DNA of 64,000 nucleotides, from positions 744,001-808,000 of the forward strand of contig JAYWIR010000036.1 in NCBI GenBank assembly GCA_036172245.1, read 5' to 3'. Positions within the stretch are counted from its first letter, which is position 1; each line of letters starts with the position of its first letter. The stretch comes from Raillietiella orientalis (taxonomy: Eukaryota). The translations under genes were made by a program, and so were the position numbers. Shown here in pieces: positions 1 through 16,017 of this stretch. The notes under the pieces were generated by a model. That model saw nothing but the letters and a program-made list of their open reading frames with translations, did no database searches and had not been told where the DNA came from.

Positions 1-12
1 CTGACTAACTAC

Positions 13-669
13 CTTTTAATCTCTTCTCGAATTTCTTGAGTTTGGATTGCTTCTTCTGCAGTGCTCTTTGTTGTTTTTCTAACTCTAGAGTTTCCTCTGA
101 TCCCCAAACCTCTAAAGCACGTTTCTCTACCTAGAATGTGCCCCTTATCAGGAATGTATCATTAAAACAAAGAATTACCTGCTGATAAAGATACAGTTTC
201 ATGATGCCCCATTGAGGATTATGTGGATTAGCTTTTGTTAGAAATAATAAAGGTGGTTCTCGAACATCCAAGTCACAGTCCTTGAGAAGAAACTGTTGTT
301 TGGCATCAGTACGAGCAATGAGACCATATTTTCCCTCTGAATGTCGACATAAATTGCAAACATTAAGTTCGAAATGTTTCAAAAGGAATGAATCCAGAAA
401 CAACAATCCACAATCGGTGCATGTACATTGCCCTGAAACTGGAACAGAGGCACTAGGTCCTTTTGTTATCTGGAAAGACTATTCAAGGCTGTCATGGAAA
501 TATTCTAACCTCGTGTTCTTCAGGAATTTCTTCTTCTATTAGAAATCCTGCTTGGGTATCAATGAATTTTTTACCATTCACCTTTACCACTGATTCTGCC
601 TTTCTAAACACATTATTAGAAAGTCAAACTTTAAATTCCTTACCTTTTGGTAAAATTGTTAGTAGCCAT
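13..669 (-). CDS. XPA: DNA repair protein XPA (3'-partial, runs off the left edge). Exons 669-644, 603-510, 469-179, 130-13
   Basis: The spliced translation contains IDTQAGF, a C4 zinc finger (CTDC...CNLC), AKQQFLLKDCDL, NPHNPQWGIMKLYL and RALEVWGSEE. Introns are GT-AG of 40, 40 and 48 nt. The start ATG at 669 is the best guess. Confidence 0.93.
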
Positions 670-2951
670 TACACATAATCTGTGTCCTCAGATCTTTACA
701 AAAGTGCTTGAATTTTTTGTGTAGCTTGTGTCTTCTTTTCCTATTTTTCTAAGAGATGGCTTCATCACAGTTTTATACTTATGGACTGCCCTTCTTTTTG
801 TTTGTTGTTGGAGGCTCCTTTTGCTTGAGTCAATTCACAGCCCTTCGGTGAGTTAAACTTGCACTTTCATTATCAATGACTGTCATGGTTTAGATACAAA
901 TTCAGATCGCAAAAAAGTTTTCGAAATGAGCTAGAAGCTAAAGGCATAGAACTTAGAAATGAAGAAGAAATCACCTTGGAAGCCGAGTATGAAAAAACTA
1001 AACATGTATGTAATTTTTAGTTAGAATTTGTTTTATATGGCTAATATTAGTAGTGATTTTGTATTTTTCCTTTTGGCTATAAAATACAAAAACTTATTTT
1101 TACCTTGTATTTATGCATTCAATACTTTTCGTGAGTTTAGGAATCGAAAAATTGCGTATCAAATTCGCTTATGCATTGTAAAAAAAAACCAAAAGTTGAA
1201 TTAATACTTTCAACTTTTCAGTTAGGAGAAAAAGATTGGGAAAACGTACGAATATCTAGACCATGGGAAGAAGGAAATGAATAACACCAGAACAATGTGC
1301 CTTCTGTTTTTTTTTATCACACAAAGATGCCGTCTTTCTCTCAATTAAATTAATCACATGGTGTTATCAGGTCTAAAACTTGTCTCTAAACATACAATCC
1401 AAAACATACAATCCAGCGATAGAATTGCTTTTCTCACGTAATGATGCCACATCCAATTGCCCCCCAAAAAACTTGGTGTTTATGACTGAACGATCGCTGG
1501 TCCCCCAATACCTCAGTGTAGCCACTGACGTCCAGGTTCAACATGTCTCAGTGCCCCTCATGTGCCCGCACGATGTTCCCTAGTGGATTCCAAAGCTTGG
1601 TCAGAACTGAACTTCCCGAAACATCATCAAAGTGATCTTCGTCGGCTTTGTGCTTTATTAAATATCTCTTCTGATTTATTGATCATTAAATGCTATATAA
1701 AATGCAGTTTTCATAATAAATCTTTAAGGGTAATCGTTAACACCTCAAAATATTGTCATCATCTCTGCAGTAACACGAGATTAGTTTTTTGCCACCTTAT
1801 TAATTGTAGTATTTAAAAAAAATCTGCAAAAGCATCTAAATTTGGAAGAAAGTTTTCGTCGAATTTAGGTTGTAGGCAGAGAAATTTGTCTACCAGAGAC
1901 TGCAAATTGCCAGCTTTCTTTGGTTAATGTTCATTGCTAATTCTAGCCTTTGTGGATTAGCGTAAAAATGAACTGCATTGACTGAAATTAATAAGGTGAA
2001 GAGAGCTGCATAAAAGGCGGAATTATGCACTTGTAATTAAGTAACTGATTTGTTTCGAATTATTCCGATGCAAAATCATAGTGTATTTCAAAGTGCGACA
2101 ATTAGCTAGATTTTTTTAACGTTAGAATGTTAACAAATTGTGCTAGAAGATAGGAGGCTTCACGAAATACGGTGCAGATAGCAATGCAATTTACGAATAT
2201 CAATTTCTCTCGTCATGCATATTCAGTCAGCAGAAGACTTCCATTGCTTAATTCATTTAGGACTGACAAATTAACCTCATTCATCTTCAGTCTCATTAAC
2301 CTCAACACCAACCTGTCCAAAAATATCATTAAGAAATAATCTCTACTTTCATTGCATTTTTTTTAATCAACTTGAGCACAAAGTGGAAAATTTTGCGGCT
2401 AGGGCACAGAATTCTCTCTCTGCGCTCAAAGGAAAATAAAAACATTTCATTCTGGCGCTTTATTTTATGCAAATCATTCGTAGTACTCAGTGATATGATG
2501 TAATCCAATTACTATGATGAGAGATAATCTAGCAGTACGATATCCAGCATTGCTGGTAATTGTCCTAACCCTGTGGAAGAAGAAACTACTACTGATGTAC
2601 GGAACGGTTTACCACTTTTTTGTCAAGAGGATCTGCATTGTGGAGTCAAACAGATACCGGGCGAAAAACCATGGAGAAGCATATTGTGTGGCTCGTATGG
2701 TGAAATAGCAACAAAAGTACATATCTTCAACTTCCCGACGTTATGGGACTATTGGAAACAGAAATTGTAAATGCTCCGGCAAAGGAAAAAGAGGGCATCC
2801 TGAGAGAATTGTTCTAAGGCGACCAAGATTCTCCAAGGTACAGTCCACTAGTGTGGATGTTTCCCAGACTTCTTCATCATAGAGGTACTATACGAAGTGG
2901 ACTATGTAGGTTCCTAATAATATCTCATACTCTTATGTATCATATCTGTAG

Positions 2952-2971
2952 GTGTGTGTTTGTGTGTGTGT
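2952..2971. repeat. Short (GT)n microsatellite
   Basis: gtgtgtgtttgtgtgtgtgt read directly. Confidence 0.8.
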
Positions 2972-3869
2972 ATAAAATATACTAACTTGTCTATTGATGA
3001 TAAGTGAATATTTTCAGTTAATTATGATTCACCAAGAAAATGATTTTTGTAATTATCTAATCCCACGATGTAAACTTCTCTTTTGATTACTACCCAACTG
3101 GAAAAAGCAAACTTGAAATTAAATCGAACTCGAAATAAATAGAGTGATTTTCTTTATTTTCTCACTTGTAATTGTACCTTTTTTCTGTGTGTAATGCATG
3201 CACCAACATATTCGGAGATCTATTGCATCTCTCAAAATAGTAAATCATGCGTTCTCATTGTTTAGGAACTCACAGAATTTAAAGTTTTTATTAATCTTCT
3301 ACAAGGGATGTTGTGCAATTTTACAACACTGCTTTATATTAAAATTTAGTTCTAAACGATGCATTTTAAAGAAAAAAGACTAAATTAAATATTCTGTTCT
3401 TGGGAAAACAATAGGTATTTTATTCTACTCCTACTACTAAACATTTCTCTATTTTGATATTCGTAAATTTTTTGCTTGTTAATCATCAATCTTTTGTTTG
3501 TTTTTATCCTTTATCTTTTTATCCATATTCCCTTGTGTACATTCTTGGAAAGTGCACTGTCAAGAACTCTGTATTGATGAATTAACTCTTATAAACAAAA
3601 GGCTTTATTTGAATGATGGATTGTTTAAATGCCAACGAATTGACGAAAATGATTCCATGAAACCGAAGCTGGTAACTCCAACAGCGTAAAGTCGTGATAT
3701 GTAATGCAGCATGTAGGCGAATTGTTCGTGTTATTTTCTCGAGTATCACTTTCAAGTTATGGAGGTTGTATACATTTGTAGTGCATCATCGAAGATTATT
3801 TCCGAAGTGAAGCTTATCATAAATATTAGCGCATCTTATCCTTGAGCGTACAAATTGCAGCAAACGAGA

Positions 3870-4653
3870 ATGTTCAAAAGGTAAATGTTACGATATAAGT
3901 TTCCCGTTTGATGTCGGGACATAGGTTTGACGAAAAAGAACAAATATCAGGCATATTGCAGTTGAAGTCCTCAATACAGAAAGGAATTCGAAATAAGATT
4001 GTTGAAGATTTCCCGTACATCAAAGACTACATTGATGAAATTATGCCAAAGAAGGACCTTCTTCGAATTGTGAAATGGTAAGCGAAAGGACACAATAAGC
4101 TTTCGATAATTCCTTGTAGCCACGATCATATTGAAATTCTTGTAAATAGCCAGGGGAAACAGTTATTTTTCAAACAGCGTGATGGCCCTTTTATACCAAG
4201 TTTGAGGTTGCTGCATCAGTGTGAGTTTCATATTTAAATCTTTGCAAACAAGTTTTTGTGATTTCATAGATCCTTTCATTTTACCTTGGGAACAAGTTGA
4301 CAAGGGGGCAATCAAATTTGTCCTTAGTGGAGCAAATATTATGTGCCCTGGGTTAACTTCAGCTGGTGCAAAAATGACTCCTGCACCTGAAAGCTCCATT
4401 GTAGTATGTATGCTTGTAGCAAATAACATGTATTCTGTAAAGCAAATATAGGCAATAATGGCAGAAGGCAAACAGCATGCTTTGGCAGTAGGCCTGACAA
4501 AAATGTCTACAAAAGACATGTGAGTTACTATATGCATGTTCTGTGATAAAGAAGTGATATTTCAGCCTGCAAGTAAACAAGGGAATTGGGGTAGAGAACT
4601 TGCACTATTTGAATGATGGTCTCTGGAACATGAAACCTGTCAAAGGATTATAA
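3870..4653 (+). CDS. MCTS1: MCTS1/Tma20 PUA-domain translation re-initiation factor. Exons 3870-3880, 3925-4077, 4120-4220, 4270-4403, 4452-4519, 4566-4653
   Basis: Translation MFKRFDEKEQ...[10 protein letters not shown]...[22 protein letters not shown]...[11 protein letters not shown]...[17 protein letters not shown]. Five GT-AG introns of 42-49 nt keep the frame. Confidence 0.97.
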
Positions 4654-4659
4654 AATAAA
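4654..4659 (+). promoter_or_regulatory. Polyadenylation signal of MCTS1
   Basis: AATAAA immediately follows the TAA stop. Confidence 0.6.
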
Positions 4660-4696
4660 ATAAGCAGTTTAATATGAGATATATTTTTGAGTAGTT

Positions 4697-8409
<3,713 letters not shown>

Positions 8410-11118
8410 TCCTCAAAAATTCACTAAATATTCTAAGTTCTCAAAAATATTGGCCTGGCCTCAAGTAATACCCATTGCTGGTTTCAAAAGTGGCAGCGAA
8501 ACAGAGTTGCGACACAACACCCCATAACGCACGTGATACATGCAAATCAAACTTGTGAAATCATGCTTTCTACTGTTCGTTGGGGAGCTGAGATTGGAAA
8601 CTGAAGGAGCTTAAACGCTGGAAGCCTTACGTGCAAATTAAAAAATTCAAATAAAAAAAATCCACTTTGCACTCTCTTTTTCTCTCTTCCCTTATTCCCT
8701 GTTTTATTTCTTCCTCTTTTTTTCCTCCTCTTTCTTTTCTCGTCACTTTACTCGAAGTTCACATATTTTAGTCCCAGCTTCAAGTGGAAATTCTTATGAA
8801 ACTTCAGATGCTAACATACTAAATGAGAGTCATCATCATGAAGATGAAGCATCTCGGAAAAATTCGATGTCGATTTCAATCAAATATCAATTCCTCTTGG
8901 TATTCCAATTTTCAATCTGCATTTCAGTGCATCCATTTAGATCTCCTATAGAAAACTCCCATGGTCACTCTAAAACTGAGAGAACTCTACAAACATCAAC
9001 ATCTGCTGATTAATGGAATAACTTTCAAAAGGCAATGTCAAAATGAGAAACAAAAAATACATTAATTCATTTAATCGCTTCTCGCATAACATTTACAATC
9101 AGAAATGGAGTATTACACAATTCAATCAATAATCGCATGCCATTTTGAGCAAATCAGATTTTTAAAGTTTAAAAATACATCATATATTGTATGATGCTAT
9201 CTGTTACCTTTCCATTCAGTCATTCTACGGTAAAATGGAAACTTCTTGATCAGAAACAAAGCCATAATCACTGTACTTTGCCTGCATTTTACACAGACAT
9301 CGTACTTTTCGAAGAAATGAGTCGTTAACATGTGATGTGAGAGATGACTCACACAAACCAAAAGCTATTTTATTGCTCTTTGTTGTAAGTTTTGTTCAAC
9401 TGTGCAACCATGGAACACGATTCGAAATATGCGGGGATTTTTTCCCCCTCTTTAAACGGTTGGAATAATCAAATAGTACGATTGTTGTTATCTTGCAATC
9501 AAAGGCATCTTTAATGATATAAACGTGTATTTCTGTTTAAAACTAGGAATTTATTTCCGAGTACTTTTATCGTTAACAGTGACTTACTATTACTTCTTAC
9601 TTCCATACTTTTTGTTTACTGCATTCATCAAGTTCTACAATCGATCTCTTCGTGAAAGAAAATTTAGCAACATTATGCCATTTCATATGCAACTTTGTAT
9701 TTTGACATTTATTTTAAAAAAAACCAGGAAACCAGAAATGAGATTAATAAAATGCATACCATGAACGTAAAATGTTTTCAACTTTCGATCCGTTAAGGTT
9801 AGTTCCCAATTTTCAGATATCATAGTCACGATAGAATGAGCAAAGACAAACATACGTAATTTCTAATTCAAGAGAACCAAATTTAAGAATTCCAGATTCC
9901 TCTCAGAAACAAACAAAAGTGAATACATACAAAAGCATTTACAAACAAATCCCGAATTCGCTCAGTATTTATGCGAGCAAGTCAATCTAGTTCGAAACAA
10001 ATTATAAAAGCATCACTCAGTATAATGGGTACAAGATGCTTCAACAAGGACAAATAGAGTGCAGAGTCAGTTTTATAAAGGTTATCTTCACCTTGAACTC
10101 GGTAAGGTAAAACTCTATACACTTTATAATAATGACTCAAAGGGAGGATTTGTTTTGATTTGTAAAAAGCAGTATGCTAGGGAACAAGGAACATATTCAT
10201 GTTTACAGAAGAAAAAAGAGAACCACTAGCTTTTCCGACTCCATGATTGCAGTTCACCATTGGTTTGGTTTGAGTAATGCCAATACCTTGAATGAAAAAC
10301 CAGACGAAAACCAGAGTATGATGGAAAACCAGTTACCATTACGGAAATAGATTCCCTTTGAAACCTTTCCTCCGACCTTCTTGCATGCTGACTCTTTATA
10401 AGTGATGACCGCTTCTGAATTTCCACACGAATTTAGACCCCAGTTCAAAGAGGAAAGCAGTTTACAATAAATTTTTAGTTTTCAATCTTTCCATTTGAAG
10501 CATATCCGTCGCCATATGGACTGCTGACCGTCTACAAATACTTTCGGAAAAGCATCCCGTTTCTCATCCGCATTTTGTACACATTTGCACACATTCAAAA
10601 CTGTTTCCTGCCCTCGAACATTCTCTGTTGAGCTCATTGAAGTCACGAATGTTGTTATTAATTTTCATGTTGTTAATCAAGCACGCTAGTTCTTTCTACC
10701 CAAAGTTCTCGTTGCTGGTGGAGTCGTGATTTGGCTAGCATGGCTGTTGACAAGCAGAAAATGGTGAGGATCGCCCAACACTCTCAGATTAGCCGCTCAC
10801 TTACTCTCAGGACGTCGTGCTGGAAACTGAAAGGCAGTTTTGATAAGAATCGGGAGGCGCTAAGGAGAGAATCGGAATGCAAATTTGCTGTCCATTCGGA
10901 GATGCTGGCAACGCCAAGGTGCTTCCACTTGTTGGTTCGCTTGCTGGACTCTGCAATCGATAGTGCGCGCGTAGCCTGCTCGTGTTGTGCTCCGGTGTCA
11001 GTCAAGTGTTTCTGGTAAACACGGGTTTCTGGCACTCCAAAGGCTGCATTTGTCCGTGATGGTACCGCTGTGGCTATAGTCCAACATTTGCTGTTTTGGA
11101 GCATGAAGAATCGTCAAA

Positions 11119-13306
11119 ATGGGTGAGAGGAACGTCATTTTATTTGATATTTCGAAAAACGAAAGGCATACGCTGACGGAGAACTTTAGAATGTTGTCAT
11201 CGCAGCTGAAGAATCGCTGGGATGTGTCTAGGTAACTAACATTCTCCGTGAAATTTGCCACCTTCTCAAACTAGTTGCAGCATGTTGATGTCAGAAAGCT
11301 TGAAAAGCGCCAGAGTTTTTGTGTTACCCAACCCTAGAGAAAACTTTACTCTGGAAGAAATAGAAGACCTAAAGCAATACTTAACTCTGGGAGGAAGCAT
11401 TCTTGCACTGATTGGCGAAAGCTCGGAAAAAGAGTATAATTCAAACATCAACTTTTTTCTGGAAGAATATGGAATAATGGCTAATGATGGTATACATTTT
11501 GTGAAGCATTATGGTCATTGATGGTTTGCATGCGTTATTTAATAAGTATCGTTGATTAGTATGAAAGTAACATTACAACAAGGATGACAGGCCAATGAAT
11601 TTTAGCATTCGATTCAAGAACTTACTCCAACACCTGAGAGCTCATGCAAACAGACTTCAGGGGAGCTAATGAAGTATTCTAAATGCAGCTGCAGCACAAT
11701 TTGTTCATTCACAGCAAATGCATTCGATGCAAGCACTCTACCATTGAAATTTGTTTTGGTTTGAGCAAAACAAATTTCATGTCATGTGAGTGTTGCAAGG
11801 AGTTTCACAAAATGAGCACTGATTTTTGTCCAGAAAAGTGACAAGCTCATAATACATTTATCTTTTTGTTCCTGCAGTAAGATTAGCATGCTTGATTTCC
11901 CATTTTCGTTTGATGTAAGCTGATCAGATTATGTGCCAGGTGTCTGCTAAACATTTTTGTATATTTGAGTGCAATCTGAAAATTTTGGTTGACTGTGATA
12001 ATGCATTACAAAAATAGTAGAAGCAGTAATAATTAGACAAGTGGCATTGGTGTTTCCCATTTTAATTTGCAAACTGATAACAGTATGTGTGCATTAGTGG
12101 AATTTGCAGTTGTTATTTGTTTCTTTAGACTGTGCAATCAGGATGACATATCACAAGTATTTTCACCCTAAGGAATGCTATATAAGTGATGGACTAAGTG
12201 GACATCATCTTTTAAAGATCATGGAAAAACATGTCCCATTGCTTGATAAACTGGCAGAGAAGTAAGAGATCTGTGACATCAAAAGCACTCATGATGTTAG
12301 CACTTCAATTCACTTTGCACCCAGTAGCACATTGATCTGTGGTACATGCACGTTTATTTGTGTTGAAGGAACCTGAGATTTGTATACCCATTTGGAGTAA
12401 CATTAAATGTAGCTCCACCAGCAGTGCCTATTTTGAATACAGGCAGTGTAGTCTTGCCAAATCATCGTCCTATTTGTGCAGCCTACAGAGACAAAAACAG
12501 TGGTGGTTGCCTGATTGTTCTTGGCTCTGTTGAGCTCATGGGAGACAACTATCTTGAAAAAGAACAAAACATGCTTCTCAAGGATATGATTTTTGCTTTG
12601 CTGACATCAGAAGCACCTGATTTGCAAAAATGGGAAACTGAAGAGCATGAGGTTGCAGCATTTTGAATTGTTGCTTGCATCAGATTGCTAGCATGTTTTT
12701 GTAGATTATAGATTATGCCTGGAAACCAAACATATCTTACCTGGCGAATCGCTTGCAAATGTGTCTCCAAATGTCACAGCAAATGTCTATCAATGTAACT
12801 CAACTTGTTGACCGTAAAATGGCCTCTCTTGATATGAAAATTTTTACTGATGTTTTGAATGGCTATTCAGAGCTAGCAGTGCCCTATGAACCACTCCATC
12901 TTATTCATCCACAATTTCAAACACCCTTGCCTGCACTGAAATTGGCTGTAAGTTGTATTTTGCAGTTTGACATGGAGTAGCTATTCTTACCATTCTATCG
13001 AGAATTGCCTTGTCCGGCTCTTGAACTGTTTGACTTGGATGAAGCAGTAAGCACAGAGAAAACTCAGTTGGCACAACTTGCTAACAAGTGCACTGATGAT
13101 GACTTGGAGCATTATATCCAGACTTCTGCCCACATTGTTGGCATCACTCAACAGTTGCCAGAACACAATCGAGATGCTCGCCATATTCTCGAATTTCTGT
13201 GGACACGTCTTTGTGAGGAGAGGAGATCAGCAAAAGTATGCTCTTGTAGCCAGAAACTAATTTCTGAATCATGGTTTTGTAGATGGTCTTTAACAGAAGT
13301 CCATGA
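11119..13306 (+). CDS. IFT52: Intraflagellar transport protein 52 (OSM-6). Exons 11119-11231, 11275-11489, 12129-12261, 12301-12341, 12413-12651, 12705-12947, 12981-13235, 13283-13306
   Basis: Motifs PRENFT, NINFFLEEYGI, YHKYFHPKEC, TGSVVLPNHRPI, EPLHLIHPQFQTPLP, LELFDLDE, LAQLANKCTDDDLE. The last micro-exon is less certain. Confidence 0.93.
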
Positions 13307-13559
13307 TATTATGGGACAAGCATGCCCTATTTGCTCCAACCGTGTTCGTGAAACTTGGGTCATGATGGTTTAGGAAGCAATGTAGGAAACTATGTTGCAG
13401 AGAATTCTAGGGGATTTGGGGTTACCCGTTATTTGTTAGAATCAACAGTCAAAAAATCATAACATGGGAAATGGTTTATTTATTTGCACATTGGTATTGA
13501 TTATTTGTAAACAAAAACGATGAATTATTTCAACAGGCTTTGGACATACCAAGTAGATT

Positions 13560-14291
13560 ATGAAATGCAGTCCTTTTGTTAAACATTTACGGTTTCAGTT
13601 TTTCTTCACGCATTCCACAAAAACAGCGATGTTTGCAAGACAGGATGGTTACAAGTAAGCATGTGAATTCTGTTCTGTGAATATCTTCCTTTTAGAATTG
13701 ATGCTGAAGGCTATGTCCATGTGTATACAGATGGTGCATGTGAATCTAATGGGAGAAAAAAAGCAGCTGCTGGTGTTGGGGTGTGGTTTGCTAATGGACA
13801 TGCCAGGTATGCACATTGCTTCTGCATTAAGTAATAGATCATGGTGCAGAAACCTATCCCAACGAGTTGTAGGACGACAGACCAATAATGTGGCAGAGAT
13901 TCAAGCTGCTATGTTAGCTTTGCAACAGTGTAAAGATGCAGGTCTGCATGGGAAGGGTTCCTTCTTTTCTTATCCTTTGGTGTTAGGCCTCAGGAAAGTG
14001 TGCATTCATACTGACTCCAATTTTCTTGTTCAGAGTGTAACAAACTGGCTCCCAAAATGGAAGCAAAATGGGTGGAGGCTGGCAAACCGAAAAGTAGTGA
14101 AAAATAAAGAAGACTTTCAGGAGTTAGAAAAAGCCATGGATGCTATGCTTATTAGATGGGTACCTATTAACCAGTGTTAAGAGTAGTGGATCTAGTACTG
14201 TTATGTGAAGATCTGGGTTCCTGGCCATGCAGGTGATTCTGGTAATGAAGCAGCAGATAAGCTTGCAAGACAAGCACTGCAATTGAAGTAG
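13560..14291 (+). CDS. RNASEH1: Ribonuclease H1, catalytic domain only. Exons 13560-13654, 13696-13806, 13850-13941, 13987-14159, 14211-14291
   Basis: VYTDGAC, QTNNVAE, HTDS, WKQNGW, VKNKED, WVPGHAG and GNEAADKLA give the full D-E-D-H-D set. Four GT-AG introns of 41-51 nt. In-frame ATGs at 13560 and 13629. Confidence 0.93.
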
Positions 14292-14799
14292 GTCAGCAGG
14301 ATGCATTAGTGACAAAAGCATGATTGGAAAAACCAAATTAAAAACCTCCAACGTTGTTTTTGGAAGTGACTACCAAAACATGTGCACCAAAGTGCAGGAA
14401 TTATCATAGTCTCTTTCAACATTTGTGCGATGTCCTTCACTTTTGCAACCATTTCCCAAATTCGCTGTAGGGGAACATCCATGAGATGCGCAACATGCGA
14501 AACCAATGATACTATGCTGAAGAACCAAAGTAGTGTGCAGGATTCCTAGAAGAGTTCCTAAACGACTGGCAAAAGTCCCGCAGTTCATAAACAAAAAAAA
14601 GCTACTGGAAGAAAAACTGTATTTCCTTGTTTTTTTGAGTGATTGAAACCATTGGATTCCCTGGATCCACTTTCTCCCAGAAGGCATTGCAGCTCTCTCT
14701 GCACACTGCCTGCAGTCGAAGGTAAAAAACATTTCCCGCGGCTGAACGCTCCAGGTTCATCATCTGCCGTGTTGTCTCGTGATGCGGAAGTTGCATCGA

Positions 14800-15250
14800 C
14801 GGGACACTCTCCGAATCGAAGGTTTCACTACTCGACAACACGTCGGTTTTCCGAGACGCATGGATGCGATCCGTTGCGGTGCTGCTTCTGCGAACGCTTC
14901 ATCTGGTCAACACGCGAAGCCCTGTCTACCCGTCAACCTTGCAGTCCCTTTCGTGTGTTCCGAGGCTGCCATGCGAAACCACTGCATTCCGATTCTGCAT
15001 TTTCCCCGTTTGCGACAAGGCGGCCTTAGGTCTCAGAAATCCTCTGGAAGAGGGTGAATGGGTCGCAACCTTGCTCCTTCCTTCTGCACCCTAGCAAAAT
15101 GTGTTGCCCGCAGGCACCGCGAAGTCTCCCGTGCTAGATCAGAGTGACCGAAACCTCGCCCGGCGTCCGAGAAAGTGCTAATCGAGGTTGTTCCCCTCCA
15201 TTTTGCCCGGACATGAGCGTTTCGAACCAGCAGCACATATCATATGGTGG
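14800..15250 (-). mobile_element. Possible heavily decayed CR1/L2-like LINE RT C-terminal remnant
   Basis: GC-rich block with frameshifted fragments loosely resembling post-RT thumb sequence (SKVATHSPSSRGF..). Weak. Confidence 0.25.
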
Positions 15251-16017
15251 TTTCGTCACCTTCCGAATGTCGTCGGGGGCCATTTTCGTTCGGCTCCTAC
15301 TGCAAGTGGGTTTCCGAAATCGCAGCCCGACCGCCGCCGACCTGCGGGTGAGTTTGGCCCACGGTTCGCGTCTTCGTCAAACGGGAGGCTGCCGAGGAGG
15401 AGGTCTTCATGTCTCGTTGGTGCTGCGACACAGTGCCCGTCGGCGCACGCAGTTGGGTTTTTGCGAAACGTAAGGACATCCCCACACACGCAAAGCCCCA
15501 CATTTCACACCACCAATGCAAAAGCGGCTTGGAAAGCGCCACAACGAGACCGCACCAGACTGCCAGCCACAATTCTTGCGGCGGGAGAGGGTGTGCGCGT
15601 GTGTGTACGCATCACGCTACCGCATCTCCATCTCCCAGGAAGTCTTCCCCACTCGGACGCCAACCCTGCGGTCGAGAAGTTGCACTGTGCCCCCTTCCCC
15701 TCCGCTGGAAGTGTGAAAGAACGTCACTTGGCTTTGCCTTGACGTCTTCCTGATTCTCTAGGCTATCAAATGAAACGATTTTGCTTCCGTGCAATCCAAG
15801 CCATCGAACTTTATTTCTTGCCGGCCGAATGCAATCCCGAGTTGGATAACTCGAACACTTTGAATGCACTTGAATGCTGACGGCATGATACCGCAGCATC
15901 GTGCCACTTTATTATTCAGACAAGACGGCTCTGAACACCGATGATGCAAATCGAGTTCCTCTCAATAGTGCATGCCGATGCTTCCATCCTGAGATAATCG
16001 ATTACACACTGCAGAGT

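Noticed and set aside
2573..2770. ORF containing PGEKPW, reminiscent of a C2H2 linker
   Set aside because: No correctly spaced Cys/His ligands.
8772..9013. Open frame of about 80 codons divergent from Lon
   Set aside because: No homology recognised and no supported start exon.
10731..11104. ORFs of 95-106 aa immediately upstream of IFT52
   Set aside because: No recognisable motifs; more likely a CpG-richer promoter/5' region.
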